64,000 nucleotides of DNA, taken from NCBI GenBank assembly GCA_034521595.1, contig JAXHMG010000003.1:1504001-1568000 (forward strand). The letters are read 5' to 3'. The translations under genes and the position numbers were made by a program. This document shows positions 18,611 through 29,542 of the stretch, piece by piece. Position 1 is the stretch's first letter. Every line of letters starts with the position of its first letter. Source of the stretch: Gemmatimonadota bacterium (GTDB lineage: Bacteria; Gemmatimonadota; Gemmatimonadetes; Longimicrobiales; Gaopeijiaceae). The notes beneath the pieces are model-generated. The model did not search any database, was not told the DNA's origin, and saw only the letters and a list, made by a program, of their open reading frames with translations.

Positions 18611-20380
18611 GTGTTCAACGATCTACCCAAGTTCGTCTTCTTCACCGGTAAGGGCGGGGTCGGCAAGACGTCGCTGGCATGCGCCACGGCCGTCAGCCTG
18701 GCCGACCGCGACAAAAAGGTCCTGCTCGTCAGCACCGACCCGGCCTCCAACGTCGGGCAGGTATTCGATACGGAGATCGGCAACCGCATGGTGCCCGTCT
18801 CGGGCGTGCCGGGGCTCGACGCCATCGAGATCAACCCCGAGGAAGCGGCCGCCGACTACCGGGAGCGGATCGTCGGCCCCATGCGTGACGTGCTCCCGGA
18901 GAACGCGCTCAAGAGCATCGAGGAACAGCTCTCCGGCGCCTGCACCACGGAGATCGCCGCTTTCGACGAGTTCACGGGCCTCCTGACGCATCAGGAGCGC
19001 ATCGAAGGCTACGACCACGTCCTCTTCGATACGGCTCCGACGGGCCACACGATTCGCCTGCTCCAACTGCCCGGAGCCTGGTCGGGCTTCCTCGAGGAGG
19101 GGAAGGGCGACGCCTCCTGCCTCGGTCCGCTGGCCGGCCTGGAGAAGCAGCGCGAGCGGTACGCGGCAGCGGTGGCGCGCCTTTCCGACGGCGACAGCAC
19201 GCGTCTCGTCCTCGTGGCTCGCCCGCGCCCATCGGCCCTCGCCGAGGCCGCGCGGGCGTCACGCGAGCTGGCGGCCATCGGCATCCGGAACCAGCAGCTC
19301 GCCATCAACGGGCTGATGCCCGAGGACGTCGAGGGCGACCCGCTGGCCACGGCGCTGGCCGAGCGGGACCGGACGGCATTGGCCGAGATGGACGCGGACC
19401 TCGAGGACCTTCCCCGCGTGACGGTCCCCCTCCGGTCGGAGAACCTCATGGGTGTCCAGGCGCTTCGCCGGTTCGCCGAGGGCGCCCCGGATACCGACGG
19501 CGCTCCCGTCCCGGACCCGTCGGCTCAGGACGAGCTACCCGATCTCGAATCGCTCCTCGACGAGGTGGAAAAGCCCGGCAAAGGGCTCCTCATGTTCATG
19601 GGCAAGGGCGGCGTGGGGAAGACGACCATGGCCGCGGCCTTCGCGGCCGACCTCGCGGCCCGGGGGCACGAGGTGCTGCTGACCACCACGGATCCCGCCG
19701 CGCACCTGGTGGAAACGCTGGGAGGAGAGGTCCCGGGCCTCACCGTCAGCCGGATCGATCCGGCCGAGGAGACGCAGCGCTACCGGGACCGCGTGCTCAA
19801 AACCAAGGGCGAGGGCTTGGACGCGGAGGCGCGGGCCATGCTGGAAGAGGATCTGCGCTCTCCGTGCACGGAGGAGATCGCCGTGTTCCAGGCGTTCTCC
19901 AAGGTCATCCGGGAAAGCAGCCGGCGCTTCGTGGTGATGGATACGGCGCCCACGGGGCACACGTTGCTGTTGCTGGACGCCACCGGATCCTATCACCGCG
20001 ACGTCCTTCGGCACATGGCACCGGACCAGGAAGGTCACGTCACCACGCCGATGATGCAGCTTCAAGACCCGAGCCAGACGAAGATCTTCATCGTGACGCT
20101 GCCCGAGACGACACCCGTCGTGGAAGCGGCGCACCTACAGGAGGATCTCCGACGCGCGGGCATCGAGCCCTGGGGCTGGATCATCAACGCGAGCCTCGCG
20201 GCGGCGCGGACCCAGCATCCCCTGCTCCTCCGCCGGGCTGCCTCGGAGTACACGCAGGTCGCCAAGGTGCGCGACGAATTGGCGTCACGACACGCCGTCG
20301 TGCCCATGCAGGCCGAAGAGCCGGTGGGCCGCGAGCACCTCATGGCCCTGGGCCGGCCGATGACGCCTTCGGAGGTGTGA
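18611..20380 (+). CDS. arsA: Arsenical pump-driving ATPase
   Basis: Two GKGGVGKT and two DTAPTGH motifs; GACTTEIA, SCLGP, SPCTEEIA cysteines. Confidence 0.97.
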   Translation: MFNDLPKFVFFTGKGGVGKTSLACATAVSLADRDKKVLLVSTDPASNVGQVFDTEIGNRMVPVSGVPGLDAIEINPEEAAADYRERIVGPMRDVLPENALKSIEEQLSGACTTEIAAFDEFTGLLTHQERIEGYDHVLFDTAPTGHTIRLLQLPGAWSGFLEEGKGDASCLGPLAGLEKQRERYAAAVARLSDGDSTRLVLVARPRPSALAEAARASRELAAIGIRNQQLAINGLMPEDVEGDPLATALAERDRTALAEMDADLEDLPRVTVPLRSENLMGVQALRRFAEGAPDTDGAPVPDPSAQDELPDLESLLDEVEKPGKGLLMFMGKGGVGKTTMAAAFAADLAARGHEVLLTTTDPAAHLVETLGGEVPGLTVSRIDPAEETQRYRDRVLKTKGEGLDAEARAMLEEDLRSPCTEEIAVFQAFSKVIRESSRRFVVMDTAPTGHTLLLLDATGSYHRDVLRHMAPDQEGHVTTPMMQLQDPSQTKIFIVTLPETTPVVEAAHLQEDLRRAGIEPWGWIINASLAAARTQHPLLLRRAASEYTQVAKVRDELASRHAVVPMQAEEPVGREHLMALGRPMTPSEV

Positions 20381-20387
20381 AGACACC

Positions 20388-20801
20388 ATGTTGGAATACT
20401 CGGTACAGGCCCGGCGCATCGACGAGCACGGGAGCCTCGCTACCACCAACGAGGCCGAGATCACGCTCGACACCGACGTGAAGGGCCGCGAAGACGCCTT
20501 CAACCCCGCCGAGCTGTTCCTCGCGGCCATCGCGGCCTGTATGATCAAGGGCGTCGAGCGAGTGACGCCCATGCTCGAGTTCGAGCTACGCGGCGTCGAG
20601 GTGAAGCTGGACGGCGTCCGGCAGGACAGCCCACCGAAGATGGCTTCAGTGGATTACGAGATCATCGTCGATACGGACGAAGATGACCGGCGGCTCGAGC
20701 TGCTGCACACGAACGTCCGCAAGTTCGGCACGATCTCCAATACGGTCGCCGAGGCCACCCGGCTGGAAGGCACCATCCGGCGGCGGTCCGCGACCTCGTG
20801 A
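20388..20801 (+). CDS. OsmC family protein
   Basis: FNPAELFLAAIAACMIK...GTISNTV. Confidence 0.85.
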   Translation: MLEYSVQARRIDEHGSLATTNEAEITLDTDVKGREDAFNPAELFLAAIAACMIKGVERVTPMLEFELRGVEVKLDGVRQDSPPKMASVDYEIIVDTDEDDRRLELLHTNVRKFGTISNTVAEATRLEGTIRRRSATS

Positions 20802-20825
20802 GCCAGCGGAGACGGTCACCCCTTC

Positions 20826-21959
20826 TCACGGTTGAGCTCCCGTGCCCGCGCTCACCCCCGCGGGCACGGCGCAGTTCGACACCCCCTCGATCTCCGCCTC
20901 GGCCTCCGGGAAGTATCTGCGCCGCCACCAGAGGGCGACGTTCACCAGGGCGATGAGGACCGGAACCTCCACCAGAGGACCGATAACGGCGGCGAAGGCC
21001 GCCCCGTGGGCGATGCCGAAGGTGCCCACAGCCACGGCGATGGCCAGCTCGAAGTTGTTGGACGCGGCAGTGAACGACAGCGTCGTCGTCTTCCTGTAGT
21101 CGGCACCGGCCCAGCGGCTCATGAAGAACGTGATCACGAACATCGCCAGGAAGTAGATCAGGAGGGGCACGCCCACCCGGACCACGTCCAACGGCTGGGC
21201 CACGATGGCCTCGCCCTGGATGGAGAACATGACCACGATGGTGAAGAGGAGCGCCACCAGGGTGACCGGGCTGATCTTCGGGATGAAGCGCTCTTGGTAC
21301 CAGGTCTTGCCCTTCGCCTTCACGAGGACGAGGCGCGTCAGCATCCCGGCCAGGAAGGGGATCCCGAGATAGATGAACACGCTCTCGGCGATCTGCCCCA
21401 TGGTGATGTCGATGACCGCCCCTTCGAGTCCGAGCCACCCGGGAATCACGGTGATGAAGAGCCAGGCGTACACCGAGTAGAAGAAGACCTGGAAGACCGA
21501 GTTGAAGGCCACCAGGCCGGCGGCGTACTCGTTGTCGCCCTCGGCGAGCTCGTTCCACACGATCACCATGGCGATGCAGCGCGCCAGGCCGATGAGGATG
21601 AGCCCCACCATGAGCTCCGGGTGGTCGCGCAGAAAAGCCACGGCCAGCCCGAACATGAGGATCGGTCCGATGAGCCAGTTCTGCACCAGGGAGAGCCCCA
21701 GGATCTTCCAATCCCGGAAGACGTCGCCCAACTCCTCGTAACGCACCTTCGCCAGGGGTGGATACATCATCAGGATGAGTCCGATGGCGATGGGGATGGA
21801 CGTGGTCCCGACGTGCGTCGCCTCGTTCACGGCCGTGACGGCCGCCGGCCAGAGGTGCCCCAGCGCAACGCCCACCACCATGGCGGCCCCGATCCACACC
21901 GTCAGATAGCGGTCCAGGAGCGACATCCGACGGGCGACCCCTTGCTGCTCGTGCCTCAT
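20826..21959 (-). CDS. acr3: ACR3 family arsenite efflux transporter
   Basis: [52 protein letters not shown]. Confidence 0.96.
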   Translation of the reverse strand: MRHEQQGVARRMSLLDRYLTVWIGAAMVVGVALGHLWPAAVTAVNEATHVGTTSIPIAIGLILMMYPPLAKVRYEELGDVFRDWKILGLSLVQNWLIGPILMFGLAVAFLRDHPELMVGLILIGLARCIAMVIVWNELAEGDNEYAAGLVAFNSVFQVFFYSVYAWLFITVIPGWLGLEGAVIDITMGQIAESVFIYLGIPFLAGMLTRLVLVKAKGKTWYQERFIPKISPVTLVALLFTIVVMFSIQGEAIVAQPLDVVRVGVPLLIYFLAMFVITFFMSRWAGADYRKTTTLSFTAASNNFELAIAVAVGTFGIAHGAAFAAVIGPLVEVPVLIALVNVALWWRRRYFPEAEAEIEGVSNCAVPAGVSAGTGAQP

Positions 21960-22723
21960 GCGTTTTCCTCCGTCTCCGGCATGCCGCCGGTCTCGAGGTA
22001 TGCGGCGAAGTCGTCCGGGAGGTCACTACCGCGGATCGCCTCCGTCGCCCGTTCCAGGTCGTAGTCCACCCGCTCGAACTCCACACGCACCTGCTCACCG
22101 TCCATGTCCACCACCACGTATCCGGCCCGCCAGTCTCCGTCCTTCGGCCGTCCCACCGATCCCGTGTTGACGAACTCGATGCCTTCGACGGTCCGGTGCC
22201 ACGGCTTGTGGGTATGGCCGAAGGCGATGACGTCCCCGGCCTTCGCCCCGAGGTGCCCGGCCATCTTGAGGCAAAAGGCGTCCGAACGGTCCTCCGTCCA
22301 GTAGACGGTGTTCAGCACGGGGTTGCCGTGGAGCAGCATGAGTCGGGGGCCGGGCGCGTGTCCCCCCAGCGGCCGGACGTCGATCCGGAAGGGGAGCCCA
22401 CCCAGCCATTTCTTCGTCTCACGCGACACGTTCGTCCGGGTCCACTCGTAGCTCAGGTGGCTCAGAGCCTCCTGCCGCGGGTCCTCGGATCTGCACCCGC
22501 AGTGCTCGTAGTCCGTGGCCGTCGTCGAGTCGTAGTTCCCCGCGATCCCCGGAATCGCACGCTCCCGAAGGAGCGCGACCACTTCGTTCGGCCACGGTGC
22601 GTAGCCCACCAGGTCGCCGAGGTGATACACGGCCTCGACGTCCGCGCGAGCGTCGAGGGCGGCGAGGACCGCCTCGAGGGCCGGGAGATTCCCGTGAATG
22701 TCGCTGATCAACGCGATCCGCAT
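21956..22723 (-). CDS. Metallophosphoesterase family protein (ars-associated)
   Basis: SDIHGN, GDLVGY, GNYD, HG, GHTH, NTGSVG; extra HCGC motif. Confidence 0.9.
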   Translation of the reverse strand: MRIALISDIHGNLPALEAVLAALDARADVEAVYHLGDLVGYAPWPNEVVALLRERAIPGIAGNYDSTTATDYEHCGCRSEDPRQEALSHLSYEWTRTNVSRETKKWLGGLPFRIDVRPLGGHAPGPRLMLLHGNPVLNTVYWTEDRSDAFCLKMAGHLGAKAGDVIAFGHTHKPWHRTVEGIEFVNTGSVGRPKDGDWRAGYVVVDMDGEQVRVEFERVDYDLERATEAIRGSDLPDDFAAYLETGGMPETEENA

Positions 22724-22727
22724 CGCT

Positions 22728-23561
22728 CTACCCTTTCGCCGCCGCGGGCTTCCGCGCCCGCACGAAGGCTGACATGATGCGCCCTTCCACGGCGCTCACG
22801 AAGGCGTCGACGTCCAATCCCCCTTCCTCGAGAAAGGCCCGGGCGTCCTCGGGCTCGTAGATGCGCGTGGGCTCGAGGCTCGGATTTTCGAAGCCCGCTT
22901 CCCTCAGCAGGCGCTCGAACTCCCGCTCCTCGAGCGCGCCCGCCACGCAGCCCACCCAGAGCTCCATGCTCCGACGGAGCTCCGGTGGGATGTCGCCGCG
23001 CACCACCACGTCCGAGACCGCGAAGCGTCCGCCGGGCTTCAACACCCGGACGGCCTCCCGGAGCACCCGCCCCTTGTCGGCGGACAGGTTGATCACGCAG
23101 TTGCTGATGATCACGTCGACGCTCTCGTCCGGAAGCGGGATCTGTTCGATGTCGCCCTTCAGGAACTCGACGTTCGTCGCGCCGGCCTCCCGTGCATTGT
23201 GACGGGCGAGCTCGAGCATCTCGTCGGTCATGTCCAGCCCGTACGCCTTGCCCGTCGGGCCGACCCGCCGCGCGCTCAGCAACACGTCGATCCCGCCGCC
23301 GCTCCCCAGGTCCAGGACCACCTCGCCCTCGGACAGCTCCGCGAGGGCGGTGGGGTTTCCGCACCCCAGGGAGGCCAGAACCGCCTTCTCCGGGAGTGTG
23401 GACGTAGTGACCTCATCGTACAGGTCGCGCGTGATGGGGTCGCTCGCCTCCGGCCCGCAGCCGCACGACGAGCCGCAGCAGCTTCCGGCCGAGCTCGACG
23501 TCGCGCGCGCCGCCGCCTCACCGTACTTCTGACGCACCGTGCTTCTCAGATCCTCGCTCAT
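22728..23561 (-). CDS. arsM: Arsenite methyltransferase
   Basis: [32 protein letters not shown]. Confidence 0.95.
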   Translation of the reverse strand: MSEDLRSTVRQKYGEAAARATSSSAGSCCGSSCGCGPEASDPITRDLYDEVTTSTLPEKAVLASLGCGNPTALAELSEGEVVLDLGSGGGIDVLLSARRVGPTGKAYGLDMTDEMLELARHNAREAGATNVEFLKGDIEQIPLPDESVDVIISNCVINLSADKGRVLREAVRVLKPGGRFAVSDVVVRGDIPPELRRSMELWVGCVAGALEEREFERLLREAGFENPSLEPTRIYEPEDARAFLEEGGLDVDAFVSAVEGRIMSAFVRARKPAAAKG

Positions 23562-23572
23562 TCCGCCCTCCC

Positions 23573-23588
23573 ATCAACCATTGTTGAT
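23573..23588. promoter_or_regulatory. Putative ArsR operator upstream of arsM
   Basis: Palindrome ATCAAC-CATT-GTTGAT. Confidence 0.65.
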
Positions 23589-23616
23589 ATATCGGTTCAA
23601 AAAAACGGCTCGGCCG

Positions 23617-23949
23617 TCACTCGCAGCATGACACGCGACCTTCCGGGGCCGGACGCCACGTCTCGGTAGGCGTAACGTCTCCCAGGAAGGCCCGCATCTC
23701 TTCGAGCGCCTCCGGCACCGCCGAGTAGTAGACCCAGCGACTGTCTCTCCGGTCCCTGACCAACCCCGCGTCCTTGAGCTTTTTGAGGTGGAACGACAAG
23801 CGCGACTGCGCCACGTCGAGGTCGCCCTGAAGCTCGCACACGCACCGCTCCCCGCTCGCGAGGAGTTGGAGGATGCGAACGCGGGTTCCCTCACCCACCG
23901 CTTGGAAACGCTGGAGGAGGAGATCGTTGGACAGGATATCGTGCGGCAT
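23617..23949 (-). CDS. arsR: ArsR family repressor
   Basis: ERCVCEL, QSRLSFHLKKLK, RWVYY, terminal CC. Confidence 0.92.
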   Translation of the reverse strand: MPHDILSNDLLLQRFQAVGEGTRVRILQLLASGERCVCELQGDLDVAQSRLSFHLKKLKDAGLVRDRRDSRWVYYSAVPEALEEMRAFLGDVTPTETWRPAPEGRVSCCE

Positions 23950-23960
23950 GGCCAACGATA

Positions 23961-23978
23961 CATCAACGACGGTTGATG
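23961..23978. promoter_or_regulatory. Putative ArsR operator upstream of arsR
   Basis: Palindrome CATCAAC-GACG-GTTGATG. Confidence 0.7.
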
Positions 23979-24038
23979 AGCAACGTCCGCCCCAAACGCC
24001 TCGACGATCGCGGGCGCCCTGTCCCCCGGCTCATTCGG

Positions 24039-24452
24039 TCAGCCGAGCAGGCGGCGCATCTCCTGGCCGTGCTCGTCCTCGTCGGCCGCTTGCTCCTCCA
24101 TCTTCATCTTCAGGGCGATGAGCCCTTCCTGTTCCGCGAGCGAAGCCAGCCGCACATAGTTCTTCGTGTCGATGGTTTCCTCGCTGGCGTCGTTCTCGAG
24201 CATGCGACGCACTGCCTCCGGCGGCGGACTGAGGTCCGGCTTCAGGCTCGGCGCCCCACCCAGCGCTACGATCTGGTTCGCCAGGTATTGCGCGTGCCCT
24301 ACCTCGTCCAGGACCTCTTCCAAATACATCTCGCGTACGGCCTCGGCCTCGGCGCCGCTGATCGACGCCGCCTGGAGCATATAGCGGAGAAAGGTCGTGA
24401 CCTCTCGGTTGAGTTGGTCGTTGAGCGCTTGGATGAGCTCGTCGCGAGCCAT
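24039..24452 (-). CDS. Ferritin/bacterioferritin-like protein
   Basis: E..Y, DEVGHA, E...Y, DEDEHG di-iron pattern. Confidence 0.85.
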   Translation of the reverse strand: MARDELIQALNDQLNREVTTFLRYMLQAASISGAEAEAVREMYLEEVLDEVGHAQYLANQIVALGGAPSLKPDLSPPPEAVRRMLENDASEETIDTKNYVRLASLAEQEGLIALKMKMEEQAADEDEHGQEMRRLLG

Positions 24453-24604
24453 GGTGTCCTCCTGAGGGATGAAAGTCGAAGTTGAAGGCGTTACGCATCC
24501 GCGCACGCCGGTGATCTGCGTCCCTCACGGTTCTTTCGCAATTACGTTCCTCCCTCCGCAAGGCTACGCGGGCCCTACCACACCGCGTGAAAGAGGCCTC
24601 GGCG

Positions 24605-25435
24605 CTAACGCTCCCCTTTCAACTCCCCGGCGATCGCGTCCGTCGCGATCCTGTGACCGACCCAAAAGCTACCGAATTCGCCGTAGACCGACGTCACCTC
24701 GTCGTAGCGCATGTCGGTGACCAACTCCTTGAAGTGCAACGGGTCGGGCGCGAAGAGCGTCACGGCCCACTCCCAGTTGTCCAGCCCCACGGAGCCGGTG
24801 ACGATCTGGGACACTTTGCCCGCGTAACCCCGCCCCGTGTGGCCATGCTCCTGCATGAGCCGGGCTCGCTCGGCCAGAGTCTGCGTGTACCAGTTCTGCT
24901 CCACGTTGCGCCGCTTGTTCATCGGGTAGAAGCAGACGTAGGGCATGTCGTCGGGCTGCCGGGGATAGAGCCGGCGCTGGGTATAGGGCGTTCCGAGCTG
25001 CTCGGCGAGGAGCTCGTCGACCATCTCCTTCCACGGCTCCGAACCGAGCTCGACCCCCTCGCGCTCCGCCCGCTTGGCGAGGCCGAGAGTGTGCCCGTAC
25101 AGCCCGAGCTCGACCACGGACACGTAGTCCCCGGTGACCACCAGATCCTGGCTCGACGGATGGAGCCTGAGGGTACGCTCCGCCTCTCCCAACTGGTCGA
25201 GGCTCGGCCGGAGGTGGAGGAGCATGTAGTCGTTTCCGCCCCCTACGACCCGGTACAGGGCACTCCAACCGCCATCCCCCAGGTCCTCCCAGTCCGCAAG
25301 CGTCGCGGCGAGCTCGTCGAGGCGTTCAGCCCTGCCTTCGTCCCCGTCACCCTCGAAGGATAGCGTGACGTCGGCGAATTGGGTGAGCATGTACCAGCCG
25401 TGGAGGGCGAGCGGGGGAATGATGGCGTCGGACAT
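24605..25435 (-). CDS. chdC: Coproheme decarboxylase / chlorite dismutase family protein
   Basis: CFYPMNKRR, NWY, LMQEHG, GSVGLDNWEWAVTLF, MRYDEVT. Confidence 0.85.
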   Translation of the reverse strand: MSDAIIPPLALHGWYMLTQFADVTLSFEGDGDEGRAERLDELAATLADWEDLGDGGWSALYRVVGGGNDYMLLHLRPSLDQLGEAERTLRLHPSSQDLVVTGDYVSVVELGLYGHTLGLAKRAEREGVELGSEPWKEMVDELLAEQLGTPYTQRRLYPRQPDDMPYVCFYPMNKRRNVEQNWYTQTLAERARLMQEHGHTGRGYAGKVSQIVTGSVGLDNWEWAVTLFAPDPLHFKELVTDMRYDEVTSVYGEFGSFWVGHRIATDAIAGELKGER

Positions 25436-25554
25436 CGGCGCGTCGTCGTCCTGTGGGAGTCACTGATCGGGGGGCCCGCTCCAACGCACACGACGTCGGA
25501 GCGGCCACTGCCCGAAAGCTATCATCTTCAGCCCACCTCGCATCCACCCGCGTC

Positions 25555-25917
25555 TCAGCCTCCCCGCACCAGCACCAGCGTCTCGGCGGACGACGCGACG
25601 ACGAGGCGATCGGGAAGGTCTTCGAACGTCCCGGTGTAGTCGGTGCCGTCGCTGGTCGTGAACCGTACCTCGCCTTCTGCCCAGCTCCCGGTGAGGGTGT
25701 TCACTTCCTCGCCTTCGACGAACTCCGTTCCCTCGAAGCTTCCGTGGGTTTCCCCGTCGTCGGTGGATTCGAAGCTGAAGTCCCGGTCCTGGTCCTCGAC
25801 GCCCCAGGTGTTGGTGATGATGAGGGCGGGGAGGACCACCGCCGTGGCCGGGTCGCAGCCCGGCGTGCTCAGGGAAAGCCCGCCCACCAGGAGCCATGCC
25901 GTGGTTCGCATTCGCAT
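25555..25917 (-). CDS. Hypothetical lipoprotein
   Basis: Signal peptide with lipobox (TPGC), acidic beta-rich body, RBS GGAGGA. Confidence 0.65.
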   Translation of the reverse strand: MRMRTTAWLLVGGLSLSTPGCDPATAVVLPALIITNTWGVEDQDRDFSFESTDDGETHGSFEGTEFVEGEEVNTLTGSWAEGEVRFTTSDGTDYTGTFEDLPDRLVVASSAETLVLVRGG

Positions 25918-25967
25918 CGTTCATCCTCCATCCACTGGGCTCCCGCCCCGCCGACCCGACCGGGTCG

Positions 25968-26963
25968 CTAAGGCTTCCGGAGCGCTTCGAGCAAGGGTGG
26001 CACTTCGGCTTCCAACCGAGCCAGAAGAGGCTCCAGGCGGTCCAGGGCTCCTACGACCTTCTGCCTGGCTCGGCGCAGCTCGTCGTCGTCCGTGGCACCG
26101 CCGTTGTACTCCGCCTGGATCACCAGGAGCGGCTCGCGCAAGGTGAGCACGGTCCGGTGAAAGTCCCCGTGGATCCGGTCGAGAACTTCGGACAGCTCCC
26201 GGGCCACGCTCGAGTCGCCGGACCAGGCCCGACGAACCTCGCCGGGGGCTTCGCCCAGGCCTTCGTCCAGCGCGGCGTATCCGTCGCTGTAGGCCGCCAT
26301 GGCATTGTAGAGGGCCAGGAAGTTCGCCTGGCTCATGGACCGGGAGACATCGATGAGCCCGAAGGCGTCCACGAGGTCCCGGCTCGTCCTCAGGTAGCTT
26401 CGCAGATACCGGCTGACCCGCTCACGAAGCTCGGCGCGGTCGGCTCCCGCCACCGCCCGCCCCACCGCGCCCTCCGTCAGGTCCGCGATGCGGACCACCA
26501 GTCCGTCCAGCTCCGATCGGAGCACGTCCTGGATGTCGGACTCCGACACGCCTCGGAGCTCCAGTGTCTCCCGGAGAGCGCGCAGATCCCGGCCGATCCG
26601 GTCTTCCACCGCCTCCCCGATCCGCCGTCCCACGACCACGGCGGCCACCGTGCCGGGATCCCGGGGAACGGGCGTGCGCCCGTCCGGCGGGTAGAGGACC
26701 TCGAGCTCCGGATCGCCCACCACCCGGAGCGTCACCTCATTCGGCTCGCCCTCCAGAGGATGGCTGAAGAGGCCTCCGTCGCGGATGACGACTTCCGGCG
26801 GATGGCCCACGACGACCAGGCGCACGTCCGCCGCGGCTTCGCCGTTCCGCTGGAGGAGCTCTCCCCGGAGCGTCGTGGTCTGGGCGCCTCCCGGCCGCAC
26901 CCAGCTCAACGTGAGGGTCAGGGCCAGCCCGATCGCGCCTCGAAGACCGACGGCATCCGGCAT
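25968..26963 (-). CDS. Hypothetical exported protein (beta-sandwich plus helical domain)
   Basis: Signal peptide; co-directional with and adjacent to the upstream gene. Confidence 0.65.
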   Translation of the reverse strand: MPDAVGLRGAIGLALTLTLSWVRPGGAQTTTLRGELLQRNGEAAADVRLVVVGHPPEVVIRDGGLFSHPLEGEPNEVTLRVVGDPELEVLYPPDGRTPVPRDPGTVAAVVVGRRIGEAVEDRIGRDLRALRETLELRGVSESDIQDVLRSELDGLVVRIADLTEGAVGRAVAGADRAELRERVSRYLRSYLRTSRDLVDAFGLIDVSRSMSQANFLALYNAMAAYSDGYAALDEGLGEAPGEVRRAWSGDSSVARELSEVLDRIHGDFHRTVLTLREPLLVIQAEYNGGATDDDELRRARQKVVGALDRLEPLLARLEAEVPPLLEALRKP

Positions 26964-26966
26964 CGC

Positions 26967-27839
26967 TCAGGACCCGAAAAGGAGGGTCACGGGCGTGCCG
27001 GCCGTGACCGGCACCTCCGTGTTGAAGCCCACCGTGTCACCCCGGGTGCCGATCACGGACAGGCGACCTCCGGAAGGGGGCTCGAGCGCGACGCCGAAGT
27101 TGCCCAGCGCGTCCGTCGTGTCCACGGCGATCCCGCTCCCGAAGCTCAGAACCACCCCCGCCACGGGTGCGCGGGTCTCCCGGTGCAGGACCGTGCCGCG
27201 GAGCTCTCGGAGCGTGGAGCGGGTCCTGAGCGCGAGACGGATGACGCCGTCGGCGGGCACCTCTTCGACGACATGACTCGCCGACGTGAAGCCTTCGGCG
27301 TCGGCCGACACGGTGACGCCCGACGCCGTGGGGGGCAGGCCGAGGAACGAAGCTTGCCCCGTGGCGTCGGTCATCTGCACGAGGCGCTGGGGGCCCCAGT
27401 CCAGTCGCACCTGGGCACCGCCGACCGGACCGCCTCCGTCTTCCGGCGACCGATCGACGCGCACCGCCACCGAACGGAGTCCGCCTTCGGGGACGAGGAA
27501 GAAGCCGCCCACGACCACCATCGCCGCAAAGGCCGCCGGACCGGTGAGCGTGATGTCCCGGGGGCTCTTTCCCTGGAAGGTGGCCGTGGACTTCATGGCG
27601 CCGAACGCGAAGGCCGCGGCCGACATCCCCAGGGGGACGAGGAGGACGTAAAATACCCGGTGGTCCAGGCCCGCCGCCACGATCCGATCGGCCCCGTAGA
27701 CCAGCAAAAGGAGGAGACCCACCGAAACCGCGAGACCCGCGGCGCTCACCGTCAGGTACGTCCGGGGCTCGAGCGGCTGGGGCCTGGAATTCGCCTCGCC
27801 GCTGCCGGAGCGCGCCACACTCGAAGGATCGGAACTCAT
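26967..27839 (-). CDS. Membrane protein with carboxypeptidase-regulatory-like domains
   Basis: Three TM segments, then TDATGQASF / TTDALGNF repeats; RBS GGAGGG. Confidence 0.7.
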   Translation of the reverse strand: MSSDPSSVARSGSGEANSRPQPLEPRTYLTVSAAGLAVSVGLLLLLVYGADRIVAAGLDHRVFYVLLVPLGMSAAAFAFGAMKSTATFQGKSPRDITLTGPAAFAAMVVVGGFFLVPEGGLRSVAVRVDRSPEDGGGPVGGAQVRLDWGPQRLVQMTDATGQASFLGLPPTASGVTVSADAEGFTSASHVVEEVPADGVIRLALRTRSTLRELRGTVLHRETRAPVAGVVLSFGSGIAVDTTDALGNFGVALEPPSGGRLSVIGTRGDTVGFNTEVPVTAGTPVTLLFGS

Positions 27840-27942
27840 CACCCCTCCGGTCGAGGGCTGTGGCCGGACGCTCCGTCGACCCCGTGCCGCGTTCGCGACC
27901 CGCCTGAGCACAAAGTGCACCGCGGACTCCGTTTGCGCCAGG

Positions 27943-28744
27943 AGGGCGAGGGCGGATCGACAGCGATGAGCTCGGTCTGCGGCGCGCCTCGGGCGGGCGA
28001 GATGGGTGGCGGGTGTTCGGGGATGCGCAGATGCCGGAGGAGGGGGCGTACGACCGCCGGGTCGGTGAGAAAGGCGAGGATGCGCATCTGACCGTGACAG
28101 GCCAGACAGCGCAGCGGGTCGATCTCGTAGACGCGCGCAAGGAGCTGGGCCCAGCGACGGCGGGGGCCGCGGTCGGGCCCGTGATCGCACACGGAGCCGG
28201 GTGCGGTGGCGTCCCCAGCGGGCTCCGAGCTGGATGCCACCTCCTCCGCGTCCCGCCGCTGGAGGATCGGCGTGAGCGCCCGTGCACGCTCGGCGTCCAG
28301 CCCTACGGCCGAGTGGAACTGGAGCGGAGCGCCCTCCTCGCCGTGCTCCCGCGCGAACAGACCATCGGTGACCGCCACGTGGAAGTGAGGGTGCGGATTC
28401 AGGCCCGACCCGAAGCGGTGCAGGAAGGACACGGCGCCGAGGCGGGCGTCGGACGCGGCGCCTCGGACGGAGTCGCGAAGCTCGTTCCTTATGACCCGAA
28501 GCAGGATGCGCAGCACGGCGCCTGCCAGATCCGAGTTCCGCAGGAGGTGCGGACGCAGCCGCTTGGGTACGGACAACACCCACTGACGTATCGGTACGGC
28601 CGGTACCACGCTGTCGCTCAGGTGGGCCGCGACCTCGACCATGCGCCGATTCGTACACGACGGGCAGACACATCTCCCCTTGCAGCTGAACGCCACCAGC
28701 CGCTCCTGCCCGCACTCGGTGCACCGCGCCCGAGCGAAGCCGAA
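27943..28744 (-). mobile_element. Partial IS91/ISCR-like transposase copy (direct repeat of 37063-37864)
   Basis: CTECG...FSCKGRCVCPSC, HRFGSGLNPHPHFH; 802-bp repeat with 4 substitutions by eye. Confidence 0.9.
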
Positions 28745-28873
28745 GGATCGGGGTCGGCCTCGCCGTCGTCGGCGGCGGGCTCCTGCTGGCACCTGTGTCG
28801 AGGTCATGAGGCGACCGGGCGGCGGCGTCGCCCGGGTCTTCCGCACGATCGGTACAGCGGAGGAGGCTTGGTC

Positions 28874-29542
28874 CTACGGCTCCGGCGAGGAGGACCTCAT
28901 GGATCTCAGGCCGGCGGCCAGATCTTCCGCCAGGACGCCCAGGCCCGCATCCAGCAGCGTCACCAGGCTGTTGTAGTCTCCCACCGTCCAGTTGTCCACT
29001 CGATAGTCCGTCGTGCCCCGGGTGAGTACCCTGCCGTCCTCCGGGCGGATGATCTCCCACGTCGCCACCACGTGGACCCCTCCCTCGAGCGTCGCCTCTT
29101 CCTCCGGGAGCTGACCCTCGAAGCGCAACACGTGGAGTTGGATCAGGTAGTCGTGCCGTTCGCGGGGCGCCCACGGAGCCACGTCGACGGCGCGGAAGGT
29201 CCCCTGCTCGAACAGGTGTCCGGCCACGGCTCGGTTGATTCCCTCGCCGAGATGCTCTCCCCACCGGTGAAGCTCGGTGAGGCCGATCTGATGGGGTCCC
29301 CGGCGCACCACGATGAACGGGACGTCGAGGTAGGACGCGATCTGAGGCCGCCGCAGCGCGATCGCGAGGTCCGCGGAATCGCGGGGCTGTGCCGCAACCT
29401 CGTGCGAATGTCCTCCCTCGAGCACGTAGTGCTGTATGGGTGGGGCGCCTCGGTTCAGACCGAAACACCCTGAGGAGCCGAGCAACGTAGCCAAGCAGAC
29501 CAGCCACGTCGCCTTCATCCGGTACCGCGTCTTGTCATCCAC
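28874..29542 (-). CDS. PqiC-like ABC transport auxiliary lipoprotein
   Basis: Lipobox SSGC, YLD...HRWGEHL, VLRFEG. Confidence 0.85.
   Translation of the reverse strand: MDDKTRYRMKATWLVCLATLLGSSGCFGLNRGAPPIQHYVLEGGHSHEVAAQPRDSADLAIALRRPQIASYLDVPFIVVRRGPHQIGLTELHRWGEHLGEGINRAVAGHLFEQGTFRAVDVAPWAPRERHDYLIQLHVLRFEGQLPEEEATLEGGVHVVATWEIIRPEDGRVLTRGTTDYRVDNWTVGDYNSLVTLLDAGLGVLAEDLAAGLRSMRSSSPEP

Noticed and set aside
25896-29507. Long ORFs 25896-28091 (+), 28013-29473 (+) and the 846-aa 26967-29507 (-)
   Set aside because: Shadow or read-through frames in GC-rich DNA; only 26967-27839 of the last looks like a real gene.
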